Assembly: GCA_964607485.1 (NCBI GenBank)
Contig: CAZSKP010000004.1
Span: forward strand, 96,001 to 160,000
Length of the DNA: 64,000 bases
Direction of reading: 5' to 3'
From: an uncultured bacterium
Lineage (GTDB): Bacteria; Abyssobacteria; SURF-5
The translations under genes and the position numbers were made by a program. The notes beneath the pieces are model-generated. The model searched no databases, had not been told where the DNA came from, and saw only the letters and a list, made by a program, of their open reading frames with translations. How positions within the stretch are numbered: position 1 is the first letter of the stretch; each line of letters opens with the position of its first letter. Of the stretch, positions 47,653-57,460 are shown in pieces.

Positions 47653-49488
47653 ATGAGGCTCGAAAAACGCATCTCCCACGAAGATTACATAATAAAGGCC
47701 CTGAGCATTCTCGAACGGCGCGCCACAGAGGAAGACCCGGCGCTGGGCGCCCAAGCTCACACCGGGGACGAACCGGGAGAGACGTTGCTTCGGGGACTGA
47801 ATTCGCTCCACGAGTCATGGCGTGACGCGACCGAAAACGTCAAGCGAATGAAGAGGGAACTGGCCGTCTTCAGGGAGGTCACCGCCGAGACGGGACGTCG
47901 GCTGGAGAGAAAGATTGAGGAGCTTTCCTTGCTTCGGCTCATCACCGACACGACCAGTCGGGCCATAATGTCGCAGGATCCGTTCAAGCCCGTGCTCGAT
48001 ACGGTCATCGCAAAAGTCGGAGCCGACAACGGTTCGATCATCCTGCTCAGCCAGGAAACCGGGCGCTTCGAGTTGAGAACCGCCGGCGGAGAAGAATATT
48101 CCCAGCTCGACAAGCCGCAATTCGACCTGACGGAGAAAGTTGCAAGCGTGGTCGTCTCCTCGGGCGAGCCGTGTCTCATCGACGACGCCCGCAGCGACCC
48201 CCGCTTCGGGATGTCGAGCGACACAGACCACGGTATCGGCTCCCTCGCGTCGTTTCCGCTTGTCGCCGAGGGCAAAACGGTGGGCGTCCTGACCGTGAGC
48301 AGCCGGCATTCCAACACCTTCGGCGCCGAGACAACGCGCATGATGCACATCATAGCCGGCCAGATTGCCGTCGCCGTCCAGAATGCCAGGCTGTACGGTG
48401 AGGTGAGGAAGACGAAAGAATATCTGGAGAATCTCGTCGAGAGGGCGGGCGACGCGATTTTCACCCTCGACCACGGTCACAACATAGTTTCCTGGAACAA
48501 GGGCGCCGAAATGATTTTCAAGCGGGACAAGCAGGCCGTGGTCGGCTCGGCCATTTACAACCTGGTCCCGGGGAGCTCATCGCCCATGCTGCGAGAGCAC
48601 GTCGACGGCGTCCTCGGTGCCGAAAGCATCGTCACAGTCGAGACCGATGTGGCGAGGGGAGACGGCCAGACGACCCAGATCGCACTCACGCTTTCCCCCA
48701 TCCATGGGGCAGAGGGCGAAGTGGTGGGCGTATCGGGCATCGCGAAGGATATCACCGAGCGCAAGCGGGTGGAGGAAGAACTGCGACACCTGAATGCCGC
48801 CAAGACAAGCTTCGTCTCCACCGTCTCTCACGAACTGCGCACTCCGCTCACCTCAATCAAGAGCTATGTCGAAATTCTCCTGCACGACGTAGCCTCGCTC
48901 CCCGAGGACACCGTGAAAAGGTATCTGAACATCATGAACGAGGAGTGCGACCGGCTGACAGGGCTCATTTCCACCGTGCTCGACCTGCAGAAGCTGAATG
49001 CGGGCAAGCTCGAGGCACGGCTGGAGCCGCTGCTGCTTTCCGACCTCGTCCGACAGGCGGCCGAGCTGTTCGATAGTGTGGCGCTTCGAAACCGAACAGA
49101 GCTGAGCAGGGAATTCCTCGTGCCCGACCACATGACCAAAGTCATGGGCGACCGCAAGCGCTTGATGCAGATTCTGTCCAACCTGTTCTCGAACGCATTC
49201 AAATACACCGACGCCGGCGGCCACGTTCTCGTCACGCTCGCCCGCGAGGACGAAGAAGTGAAGCTCACCGTCAAGGACAACGGCATCGGCATACCGAAGG
49301 CAGAGTTGGACAATGTCTTCGAAAAGTTCTACCAGGTGAACAACTCGACCACGCGAACAAAGGGCGGCACCGGACTCGGCCTGGCGATAACGAAAGAACT
49401 CGTCGCACTCCACCGGGGACGGATTTGGGTGGAGAGCGAAGAGGGGAGAGGATGCAGCTTCAGCGTCCTGTTTCCGGCCATCGAATAG
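47653..49488 (+). CDS. Sensor histidine kinase (GAF-PAS-HisKA-HATPase)
   Basis: 'VSHELRTPLTSI', 'NLFSNAFKYT', 'DNGIGI', 'GTGLGL'. Confidence 0.95.
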   Translation: MRLEKRISHEDYIIKALSILERRATEEDPALGAQAHTGDEPGETLLRGLNSLHESWRDATENVKRMKRELAVFREVTAETGRRLERKIEELSLLRLITDTTSRAIMSQDPFKPVLDTVIAKVGADNGSIILLSQETGRFELRTAGGEEYSQLDKPQFDLTEKVASVVVSSGEPCLIDDARSDPRFGMSSDTDHGIGSLASFPLVAEGKTVGVLTVSSRHSNTFGAETTRMMHIIAGQIAVAVQNARLYGEVRKTKEYLENLVERAGDAIFTLDHGHNIVSWNKGAEMIFKRDKQAVVGSAIYNLVPGSSSPMLREHVDGVLGAESIVTVETDVARGDGQTTQIALTLSPIHGAEGEVVGVSGIAKDITERKRVEEELRHLNAAKTSFVSTVSHELRTPLTSIKSYVEILLHDVASLPEDTVKRYLNIMNEECDRLTGLISTVLDLQKLNAGKLEARLEPLLLSDLVRQAAELFDSVALRNRTELSREFLVPDHMTKVMGDRKRLMQILSNLFSNAFKYTDAGGHVLVTLAREDEEVKLTVKDNGIGIPKAELDNVFEKFYQVNNSTTRTKGGTGLGLAITKELVALHRGRIWVESEEGRGCSFSVLFPAIE

Positions 49489-49694
49489 GCCGCACGGCGA
49501 GCCGGCCGGAAGGGCTCAAAGCATGGCGAGGGCGTATCGAATCCGCTCGTTCCACGCGGTGTTTCGAGTGTGTCTGAACGATTTCCTCCGGGCATCAACA
49601 CACGCTTCGGACCGTTTGACAAAGCCAGGCCGACGTGCTACGATTTCTCTGGGCGCGCGGGTGACACTCCGGCGTCAAAGAGGGAGCAAGCAGT

Positions 49695-50750
49695 ATGAAG
49701 ACCGCTCGCCGTGAATATCCCGACCTTCTCACTCCGGCACAGATATACACCCACCTGAACCAGTATGTCATAGGGCAGGAACGCGCCAAGCGCATCGTCG
49801 CCATTGCCGCCTACAACCACCAGAAACGCATCCTTCACAAGAAGGCCGGCCAGCCCAACCCGATCAAGAAATCCAACACCCTCCTCATCGGACCCACCGG
49901 CTGCGGCAAGACACACATAGCCAGGAACCTGGCGAATGTGCTCAACCTTCCCTTCACGGTCGTCGATGCCACCGAGTACACCGAGGCCGGCTACTACGGA
50001 AAAGACGTGGAGGTGATGGTCGCCGAGCTGCTGTTCAAAACCGGCGGTCGCACCGACGAGACACAGAGGGGAATCATATTCATCGACGAGATAGACAAGG
50101 TCGCCAGACGCTCCCACGGCGCACGCACCGGCGCGGGTGCGCGCGACATAGGCGGCGAGGGCGTTCAGCAGGCCCTGCTGAAGCTGCTCGAGGGCTCCGA
50201 GGTGTTCGTCCCGCTCAACGTCACCCAGCACTGGAGCAAGCACGACTTCGTGCTCGTGGACACCTCCGAGATACTTTTCATCTGCGCGGGCACGTTCTCA
50301 GACATGCCGCTCATTCAGCATCAACTCAGGCCCGTCGGCTTCCGAAGCAAGAAGACGGGGGAACGGGCCAAGCAGCGCAGAAGAGTGACCACGAAGGATT
50401 TGCTCGAGTACGGAATGCTGGCCGAATTCCTCGGCAGACTGCCCGTCGTGGTCGAGCTCGAGGCGTTGACCGCCGAGGACATGATGCGAATTCTCAAGGA
50501 ACCGCCCGACTCCATCCTGAAGGAATATACCCACCTGCTCAGCCTCGACAACATCGAGATCAGGTTCACCGACGGCGCGCTCAGGCTGGTGATAGAACAC
50601 TCCCTGAAAACCAACCTGGGAGCGCGCGGCCTTCGCTCGATAATGGAAGAGGTCATGCACGACATCATGTTCGACGCGCCCGCTTCAAGGGGTAAGAAGG
50701 TCACCATCGACAAGCGCTTCGTCGTAAAACGACTGGCGAAGCTGGAGTGA
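49695..50750 (+). CDS. clpX: ClpX-like ATPase lacking the N-terminal Zn-binding domain
   Basis: 'YVIGQERAK', 'KSNTLLIGPTGCGKT', 'DEIDK', 'GEGVQQALLKLLEG', 'GARGLRSI'. Confidence 0.9.
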   Translation: MKTARREYPDLLTPAQIYTHLNQYVIGQERAKRIVAIAAYNHQKRILHKKAGQPNPIKKSNTLLIGPTGCGKTHIARNLANVLNLPFTVVDATEYTEAGYYGKDVEVMVAELLFKTGGRTDETQRGIIFIDEIDKVARRSHGARTGAGARDIGGEGVQQALLKLLEGSEVFVPLNVTQHWSKHDFVLVDTSEILFICAGTFSDMPLIQHQLRPVGFRSKKTGERAKQRRRVTTKDLLEYGMLAEFLGRLPVVVELEALTAEDMMRILKEPPDSILKEYTHLLSLDNIEIRFTDGALRLVIEHSLKTNLGARGLRSIMEEVMHDIMFDAPASRGKKVTIDKRFVVKRLAKLE

Positions 50751-50905
50751 ACTCCAAACTGCCATAAGGGCGGCTCAACATTCTCAGAGAACTCTGTGTC
50801 CTCTGTGGCTAAAACGAAGGCTTGCTTGTGGCGGGGCCGCGTATGGTTTCATCATGAAAATGCGCGTTCAGTTCGGCTTTGCGCTATGCCGATTCGGGCA
50901 GGCTC

Positions 50906-51172
50906 TCACCAATACTTCGGGTTGGGCTCTTTCGGGGCCGCCGGGCCGGAGGTCAGGCTCTTCACGAAGTTCTTGGCGGCGTCGATGATCTCGAGATGAA
51001 TGTTCCGATAGCGGGTGAACTGGAGCGCCACAATTATAATGATGAGGATCACAAGCCCGCTGACGGCGTTCGCCAGCCACCGTCGGTTCAACCGACGCTG
51101 CTGTCTCTCGAACATCCGGTTCGCCTGGGCGGCGTCCGCGTCTTCACTTCTTTTCCGAGCCATTCTGATCAC
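50906..51172 (-). CDS. Small membrane protein
   Basis: Single TM helix; RBS-like GAGGGG. Confidence 0.6.
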   Translation of the reverse strand: MIRMARKRSEDADAAQANRMFERQQRRLNRRWLANAVSGLVILIIIIVALQFTRYRNIHLEIIDAAKNFVKSLTSGPAAPKEPNPKYW

Positions 51173-51198
51173 CCCTCATCTTGCCGAGAACGGAAGAA

Positions 51199-51561
51199 TC
51201 ATCGCCTCTTTCTTGGCGTCATCGTCCCGAGAATTTTCCGGAGAAGCTCCCTGTCGGCATTCTTGAACCCGACAAACAGGACGCCCGCGCAGTAGCGCAA
51301 CGTGTTCTTGTCAAACGTGTACCAGAGGATATTGGCCAGCGTATCCAGCCGCACGGGCCGGCCTTCCTCATCCGTCGTCTCTATTGAAAGGTTGAGAATA
51401 GTCTCGTTGGATATGTCCATTTCCGTCGTGAAGGAAAGGCCTTCGATGCTTATGTCCTTCACGCGCAGACGTTGTTCTCTCTTGGCGGGAAACACGGCGG
51501 TTGCGACAAGCGATTCAGGCGCGCGATACCGTGGAGACAGGCGTCTTTCTTCCTGAATCAT
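51199..51561 (-). CDS. PilZ domain protein
   Basis: 'ERRLSPR' (RxxxR), 'DISIEG' (DxSxxG), 'GVLF'. Confidence 0.88.
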   Translation of the reverse strand: MIQEERRLSPRYRAPESLVATAVFPAKREQRLRVKDISIEGLSFTTEMDISNETILNLSIETTDEEGRPVRLDTLANILWYTFDKNTLRYCAGVLFVGFKNADRELLRKILGTMTPRKRR

Positions 51562-51726
51562 CGGGGACTCCTCAAATGGGCGACGAAGGACCCTCTTCCT
51601 CCATAACCGTATCGACATAAAGATCATATACGAATCGCCCCGTTCTTTTCAAGAACATTATTCCTGGGGGCTCCCTGTCTTAAATGGTGCATTCTTGAAC
51701 GGCGTATCGTTCGAAAAATAGTTGGA

Positions 51727-51840
51727 GTCATTGCGAGGAAGAGTCACAGACTCGACTGAAGCAATCCCGCATGCGTTTCCCCCATGCTAGCGGGATTGCT
51801 TCGTCGCCCGAGCTTCCAGCCCTTTGCTCCTCGCAATGAC
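51727..51840. repeat. REP-like palindromic element
   Basis: gtcattgcgagg...gaagcaatccc / gggattgcttcg...cctcgcaatgac. Confidence 0.8.
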
Positions 51841-52036
51841 GAGGCACAGGAATGATGTCGTGCAAGAGCGCTTGGGCAACAATTCCTGAAGGCCGGATTC
51901 GCACAACCAGCCGCTCGATTCGTCTTCAGGACCGTCTGATTTGAACGGGGATGAATATTTTGGTATCATTTAGGAGGGCCGGCCCCTTTCAACGGGGGCG
52001 GGCAATAACGTTTGTTCGGAAGAATCGGGGAATTCA

Positions 52037-52723
52037 ATGCTTAAGCAGCCAGAAGTGCACGATATAGAGGTCAGCGTCGCCATCGACGATCTTCTCGGCC
52101 CGCTCGGCTACGGGAAGGGCGGAGCGGTCGAGCCCTCTATCATGGAACAGATTCTGTCAGAAACCGACCGCTGCAAACAGACAATATACGGAAAGGCCAT
52201 CCATGCCTGCGTGGGAATCACGCATGCCGCCGGCCGCGACGCCTTCGAGGCGAACGGCGTGACAATCAACGACGAGACTCTCACAAGCTCGCTCGACGGC
52301 GCAGAGTCGCTCGCCGTCGCCGTTTGCACGGTGGGCGCCGGGATAGATGAGCTCATCGGCGAACACTTCGGCCGCGGCGATTTTCTCGGGGGCATGATCG
52401 CCGACGTCTTTGCGAGCCGCGCCGTCGAAGCGGCCGCCGAAAAATGCGCGGCGCTCATCTGCGCCGAGGCGCGGAGGCACAATCTCTCGGCGTCGCGTCA
52501 CCTCAGCCCGGGTTACGGAAAATGGGATGTGAGCGGCCAGCGGGCCGTGTTCGCATTGCTCGACCCGTCGCCGATAGGAGTGTCGCTGAACGAGCACTGC
52601 ATGATGCAGCCGCGGAAATCCGTCTCTTTCGTCCTTCCGCTCCTGAAGGGTGAAGTGCGCCCCGAACAACGGCGCCACTGCCAAGAGTGCGGTTTTGAGA
52701 ACTGCGGCTACAGGCGAGAATGA
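52037..52723 (+). CDS. B12-dependent methionine synthase activation-domain-like protein
   Basis: 'AVCTVG', 'SPGYGKW', 'MMQPRKSVS', C-terminal CxxCxxxxCxYR. Confidence 0.85.
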   Translation: MLKQPEVHDIEVSVAIDDLLGPLGYGKGGAVEPSIMEQILSETDRCKQTIYGKAIHACVGITHAAGRDAFEANGVTINDETLTSSLDGAESLAVAVCTVGAGIDELIGEHFGRGDFLGGMIADVFASRAVEAAAEKCAALICAEARRHNLSASRHLSPGYGKWDVSGQRAVFALLDPSPIGVSLNEHCMMQPRKSVSFVLPLLKGEVRPEQRRHCQECGFENCGYRRE

Positions 52724-52763
52724 CGTATCCGGCATCGCCGGATGCGCGGGATGAAGAAATCTT

Positions 52764-53654
52764 ATGACTCTGCTGGAACGACTCAGCGCGGGTGAGAAAC
52801 TCGTATTCGACGGCGCGATGGGCACGATGCTTCAGGCAAAGGGCCTTGGCGTCGGCGAGTGTCCGGAAGAATGGAACGCGTCGCACCCGGACGTCGTTCG
52901 GCAGATTCACCAATCCTACTTCGATGTCGGCTGCGACATCGTGGAGACGAACTCATTCGGCGGAACCCGCCTGAAGTTTGCCCGCTTCGGACTGGCCGGC
53001 AGGGTGAGGGAGTTGAACCGCAAGGCCGCCGAAAACGCGCGCGCCGCAGCCGGGCCGAATCGTTACGTCGCCGGCTCGGTGGGCCCGACGGGCGAGTTCA
53101 TCCAGCCCTACGGCAACCTGACGTATGAGGAGGTTCGCGACGCATTCCGCGAGCAGGCGAGCGCGCTCGAAGAGGGCGGAGCCGACATCATCTGTGTGGA
53201 AACGATGTCGGACCTGAACGAGGCACGGGCCGCCGTCGAGGCGGCGCGCGCGAGCACGAAGTGTGCCGTGTTCGCTTCGATGACGTTCAACCGAGACAAG
53301 CGGGGTTTCCGGACGATGATGGGCGTGGACCCCATGTCGGCCGCCGCGGCGTTGGAAAAGTACGGAGCGGACGTGATAGGCTCGAATTGCGGCGTCGGGC
53401 CGGAGGGAATGTTTGACATCTTGAGAGAGATGCTCGAAGCCACGTCGAAGTTTCTGCTTGTCAAGCCCAATGCGGGCGTGCCCCGCCTCGAGGGCGGCAA
53501 GACAATTTTTCCCGAGACGCCTAAGGGGATGGCCGAAAAGATGCCTCCGCTGCTCGACATCGGCGTCAGAATACTCGGCGGCTGCTGCGGAACGACGCCC
53601 GAACACCTGCGCGAGATTGTGAGGGTAGTCAGGCCGCATACGGAGGGTTCATGA
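52764..53654 (+). CDS. Homocysteine S-methyltransferase (MetH Hcy-binding domain)
   Basis: 'FDGAMGTML', 'ETNSFG', 'GSVGPTG', 'GSNCG', 'PNAG', 'GGCCGTTP'. Confidence 0.93.
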   Translation: MTLLERLSAGEKLVFDGAMGTMLQAKGLGVGECPEEWNASHPDVVRQIHQSYFDVGCDIVETNSFGGTRLKFARFGLAGRVRELNRKAAENARAAAGPNRYVAGSVGPTGEFIQPYGNLTYEEVRDAFREQASALEEGGADIICVETMSDLNEARAAVEAARASTKCAVFASMTFNRDKRGFRTMMGVDPMSAAAALEKYGADVIGSNCGVGPEGMFDILREMLEATSKFLLVKPNAGVPRLEGGKTIFPETPKGMAEKMPPLLDIGVRILGGCCGTTPEHLREIVRVVRPHTEGS

Positions 53655-54454
53655 CGATGGAAGAATCCGAAGTAGTCTCTCCAAGCCGAATCGAGCGTCT
53701 GCTTGAACTCGCCTGCGTGTACAACACCCCTCTGTCCATCACGACCGAAGCGCGCGACACGATGTATCGCTACAAGAGCCGGATGCTCGAAATGAACAAG
53801 GCGACCGGCTCGAGGTCGCTCATCATAGACCATCCCGTGACCGATGGGCCGGCGATTGCGCTCAAACCGGAAACGCTCCTCACCGTCTTCTTCGCGCTCG
53901 ACAAGGAACGGTTCATCTTTGAGACCGAGGTCCTGCGCAAGACCACGTTCGCCCTCGCCAGCCGGAGGAAGATATCGGTTCTCGAGATTGCGTATCCGAA
54001 TGTCCTGTACAGCGGCGAACGCCGGATGTATTACAGGGTGCCCACTCCGATGGGAAAACCGATTTCCGTCGAGTGCGGCGTGATCGGCGGCGTCGGTGAC
54101 TGGCTCGTTCAGGAACCCGGCACGTGGAATTTCCCCTCGCATGTCCGGTTCGACGGGCGCATCCTGAACCTGAGCGTCGGCGGGATGGTCCTGGCCGTCA
54201 AGGAGGGCGGCAGCAGCAAGGCCAGGGTGGGGACGAAGCTGGGCCTGCGGTTCTCGCTCGCGCGCGATGAGACCCCCATTTCGCTGAAAGGGATAATCCG
54301 GCGGACGGGAACGAAGGCCTCCACCGGAGAGGAGACGGTGGCGATCGAGTTCATCGACATCGCCGAAAAATTCGAGTACAAACTGGCCATTAACCGATTG
54401 TACCGATACGTCGTCGAGCGACAGCGAGAGATCATAAAGTCCGGCGCGAAATAG
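53651..54454 (+). CDS. YcgR/flagellar-brake-like PilZ protein
   Basis: N-terminal PilZN-like region, 'ERRMYYR', 'NLSVGG', C-terminal 'YVVERQRE'. Confidence 0.82.
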   Translation: MTMEESEVVSPSRIERLLELACVYNTPLSITTEARDTMYRYKSRMLEMNKATGSRSLIIDHPVTDGPAIALKPETLLTVFFALDKERFIFETEVLRKTTFALASRRKISVLEIAYPNVLYSGERRMYYRVPTPMGKPISVECGVIGGVGDWLVQEPGTWNFPSHVRFDGRILNLSVGGMVLAVKEGGSSKARVGTKLGLRFSLARDETPISLKGIIRRTGTKASTGEETVAIEFIDIAEKFEYKLAINRLYRYVVERQREIIKSGAK

Positions 54455-54467
54455 GATTTGCAATAGC

Positions 54468-54842
54468 ATGTCGAGCAGAAGTTCGAAGGCGTTTGAGAGA
54501 TTCCTGTTAAAAAGAGGCGTCATCGATGAGGCCGCCCTGCGGGAAGTCGAATCGATGAAAGAGGACATGAACATCTCGTTGGGCGTGGTCGCAATGAACC
54601 GCGGACTGTTGACTTCGGAGCAGATCGGAGAAATCCTGGCTGCCAAGAAGAAGACGAAGAAGAGATTCGGACAGGCCGCCCTCCACCTGAAATTTCTCAA
54701 CCGTGTCCAGCTCCGCGACCTCCTCGCCGAACAGGAGCAGGTGAACCTCGACGTGGGAGAACTGCTCGTCTTGACGGGCCACCTCTCATACGAACAACTC
54801 CAAAAAGAGCGCCGCGCCTTCGCCCGCGCAAAGAAGCGATAA
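54468..54842 (+). CDS. Stand-alone MshEN-like repeat protein
   Basis: Repeats 'LGVVAMNRGLLTSEQI', 'RFGQAALHLKFL', 'VGELLVLTGHLSYEQL'. Confidence 0.65.
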   Translation: MSSRSSKAFERFLLKRGVIDEAALREVESMKEDMNISLGVVAMNRGLLTSEQIGEILAAKKKTKKRFGQAALHLKFLNRVQLRDLLAEQEQVNLDVGELLVLTGHLSYEQLQKERRAFARAKKR

Positions 54843-54929
54843 GAACATGCCTTCCTGTACGCATACATGAACTCCGAAAACATGAAACTATCGCGGCCTC
54901 ATTTCGCGACCTTTGCGCCTTTGCGGTGA

Positions 54930-55700
54930 TTAGGAGATTCTTCTTTCACCTTCCGGCTTGAATCCGAAGAGCTCGCTCTGGATGATTCTCGTCACGAGCG
55001 TCGTCTGGTCCGCCGTGAAATATACGCCACGCGTCCGGTGTTCTTTCCTTCGATATTCACGCGCATGTTCTTCTGACCAGAAGAACACACTCTCCTTTCA
55101 GAACGCATGGATGATGCATTTGTCCTCGATCTTCGAGAAATTGACATCCGGCACGAAGACGATCGGCTCGCATCCCTGCTCGGCGGCCTGATAATTCAGG
55201 TCGCTGTCGATTCTCATGCGCATCGGCCGGGAGCAGTGCGCGCATTCCGAGCTGACTTCCACCGACAGCGCTTCTCCGCGTAAGCGCCCTTGCACGAAGG
55301 GCGTTGCAAACGCATCGGCCGCTCAGGCGGCGTAAATCTGCTCGCCCGTGCTGAAGGTGAGATGGTGCGGCGTCCTTTCGACCGTCACCGGATACGCCCA
55401 CACTGCCAGGCCTTCATCATTCCTGCAGATGAACGTCATGTGCCGTTCCAGGTCATCGAACACGGACCGCACGCGGTCGAGGGATATTGACAGTTTCTCC
55501 GCGATGAATTCGGGCGAGATCGGCTCCTTGACTCTGGGGAGTTCTCTGACGATACAGTGGTGCACAGCTCGATGCTCGTCGGTCATGAACCGCAGGTCGG
55601 CGCGTATTTTATTCTTAGCCCTGCCAATCTGTTTCTCCCACAGAAACGGCGGTACCGAGAGCATGTAACGCCAAAGTCCGCTCATGAGTTTGCTGCTCAT
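54930..55700 (-). CDS. MerB-like organometallic lyase with two in-frame UGA (Sec126, Sec201)
   Basis: 'WAYPVTVERTPH...IYAA-U-AADAFA...VSSECAHCSRPM...IIHAF-U-KESVFFWSEEHAREY'; one continuous 256-aa frame with hairpins after both UGAs. Confidence 0.8.
55066..55087 (-). promoter_or_regulatory. Putative SECIS for the second UGA
   Basis: TGTTCTTCT-GGTC-AGAAGAACA hairpin about 11 nt after the UGA. Confidence 0.7.
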
Positions 55701-55764
55701 CGCCTCACTCCTTTCCAGGTTCGAACGCCGATACCATCAAGGTTTCACGAAAGGGAAATTCCCT

Positions 55765-56862
55765 TCAAACTCGAATTCGCTTTCCCGTCTCCGCGTCGAA
55801 CAAATGGAGCTTCTCGTCCGGGACGCCGTATCTGACCTGACTGCCCGGCTCGATGTCGGCGTATCCCAACACACGCGCGAGAAGCTTCAGATTCGCGGCA
55901 TCGAGATAGATGAGCGTGTCGGCGCCCATGGCCTCGACCGCCGACACCTGCGCGGCCCCCGTCAGCGAACAGCCCTCCGAGGTCTCGCCGAGCCGAACGT
56001 CTTCGGGACGGAAGCCCAGGACAACTTTTCCCGGCACCTGCTCGAATCGCTTCGCCGCCTGCGGCTTCAGCAGGAGCATGAGCCCGCCGCACGTGAGCTC
56101 CAGGGAACCGAGCTTTGCCTCGCTCCCGCACTCGACGAAGTTCGTTGGCGGGTTGCCGAAAAAGCCTGCGACAAACCTGCTTTCAGGATTACGGTACAGT
56201 TCGGCGGGGGCGCCGACCTGTTCCAGTGCGCCCGCGTTCATCACGGCGATTCGCTCGCCGATCGTCATGGCCTCGGTCTGATCGTGGGTGACATACACCA
56301 TCGTCGCCGCGAGCCTGTCGTGAATCTGCTTTATCTCCTGTCTGAGTTGCACCCGCAGGGATGCGTCAAGATTGCTGAGGGGCTCGTCGAAAAGGAAAAT
56401 TTTCGGATTGCGCACGAGCGCGCGGCCGAGCGCAACCCGCTGGCGCTGTCCGCCGGAAAGCTCTTTCGGCCTCCGCCCGAGCAGGTCGGAGATGCCGAGC
56501 ATGCCCGCCGCCTCCATCACGCGCGAGCGGACCTCCTGCTTGGGGAACCCGCGCATCTTCAGGCCGAACCCCAGGTTCTGCTCGACGTTGAGGTGGGGAT
56601 AGAGCGCGTAATCCTGGAACACCATCGCGATGTCGCGGTCGCGCGGAGGCACGTCGTTGGCGCGCCTGCCGCCGATGAAGACCTCGCCCTCGGTGGGCGC
56701 TTCGAGGCCCGCTATCAGCCTGAGCGTGGTCGATTTTCCGCTGCCCGACGGGCCGACCAGCACCATGAGCTCCCGTTCCGACACTTCGATATTGAGGGCG
56801 CGCACGCCGACCGCGCCGTTTTTATAGAGCTTGGAAAGGTTCTTGAGCACGAGCGCCGCCAT
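55765..56862 (-). CDS. Carbohydrate ABC transporter ATP-binding protein (MalK/UgpC family)
   Basis: 'GPSGSGKST', 'VFQDYALYPH', 'LSGGQRQR', 'DEPLSNLDA', 'YVTHDQ', TOBE tail. Confidence 0.95.
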   Translation of the reverse strand: MAALVLKNLSKLYKNGAVGVRALNIEVSERELMVLVGPSGSGKSTTLRLIAGLEAPTEGEVFIGGRRANDVPPRDRDIAMVFQDYALYPHLNVEQNLGFGLKMRGFPKQEVRSRVMEAAGMLGISDLLGRRPKELSGGQRQRVALGRALVRNPKIFLFDEPLSNLDASLRVQLRQEIKQIHDRLAATMVYVTHDQTEAMTIGERIAVMNAGALEQVGAPAELYRNPESRFVAGFFGNPPTNFVECGSEAKLGSLELTCGGLMLLLKPQAAKRFEQVPGKVVLGFRPEDVRLGETSEGCSLTGAAQVSAVEAMGADTLIYLDAANLKLLARVLGYADIEPGSQVRYGVPDEKLHLFDAETGKRIRV

Positions 56863-56864
56863 GT

Positions 56865-57383
56865 TCACCCCAACAGTTCGCGAACCCTGCGCCCCAATTT
56901 CCGTCTGCGCCGAAACGAGAAGCCCATAACCAGCATCCATTTCAAGACGACATAGGCGACGATGCCGAGCACCGCACCGTACAGCGCGGCAAAGATGATG
57001 TCGGGAGTCGCCGCGACCAGCGCGCCCGTGACCTTGAACGCCTTGTTCGCATCGTTGATTCTCCGGCTCAAGTCCTCGCCAAGGAAGAATCTGAGCGATT
57101 CCCCGAACCGCTGTTCTTTCCCGATGAGGGGATAGAGCGCCTTGGCCGCCGTGTACTCGGCGGCGGCGAGCATTCCCAAGAACGGCGCGCTGTACTTGGC
57201 AACGAAATCGAACAGGCCGAGAACGGCACGGGCGGGCGCCGAGCGCCTCCGCTGAGGACCGTATGTCCTCGCTATCTCGCGCACGTCGTCGCGGTCGACA
57301 GTGGACGGGAGAAAATCCAGCTCGCGGTCGAGAAGTCGGTTCCTGGCGATGTTCCTCTTCAAGCGTTTTCCGTACGTTGTCAT
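56865..57383 (-). CDS. Hypothetical membrane protein
   Basis: 172-aa ORF abutting the ATPase gene, with two hydrophobic segments. Confidence 0.7.
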   Translation of the reverse strand: MTTYGKRLKRNIARNRLLDRELDFLPSTVDRDDVREIARTYGPQRRRSAPARAVLGLFDFVAKYSAPFLGMLAAAEYTAAKALYPLIGKEQRFGESLRFFLGEDLSRRINDANKAFKVTGALVAATPDIIFAALYGAVLGIVAYVVLKWMLVMGFSFRRRRKLGRRVRELLG

Positions 57384-57460
57384 TTAGGAAATCTCCATAT
57401 ATCCCGCATGTTGCGCTGCGGCCGTTCCCGTGTTGAGCGTGCCTGAGCTATGTTAGTTGA

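Noticed and set aside
53108-54883. 591-aa minus-strand ORF and other long antisense ORFs (31480-32877, 45053-46378, 55684-56955)
   Set aside because: Antisense shadows of well-supported genes in GC-rich DNA
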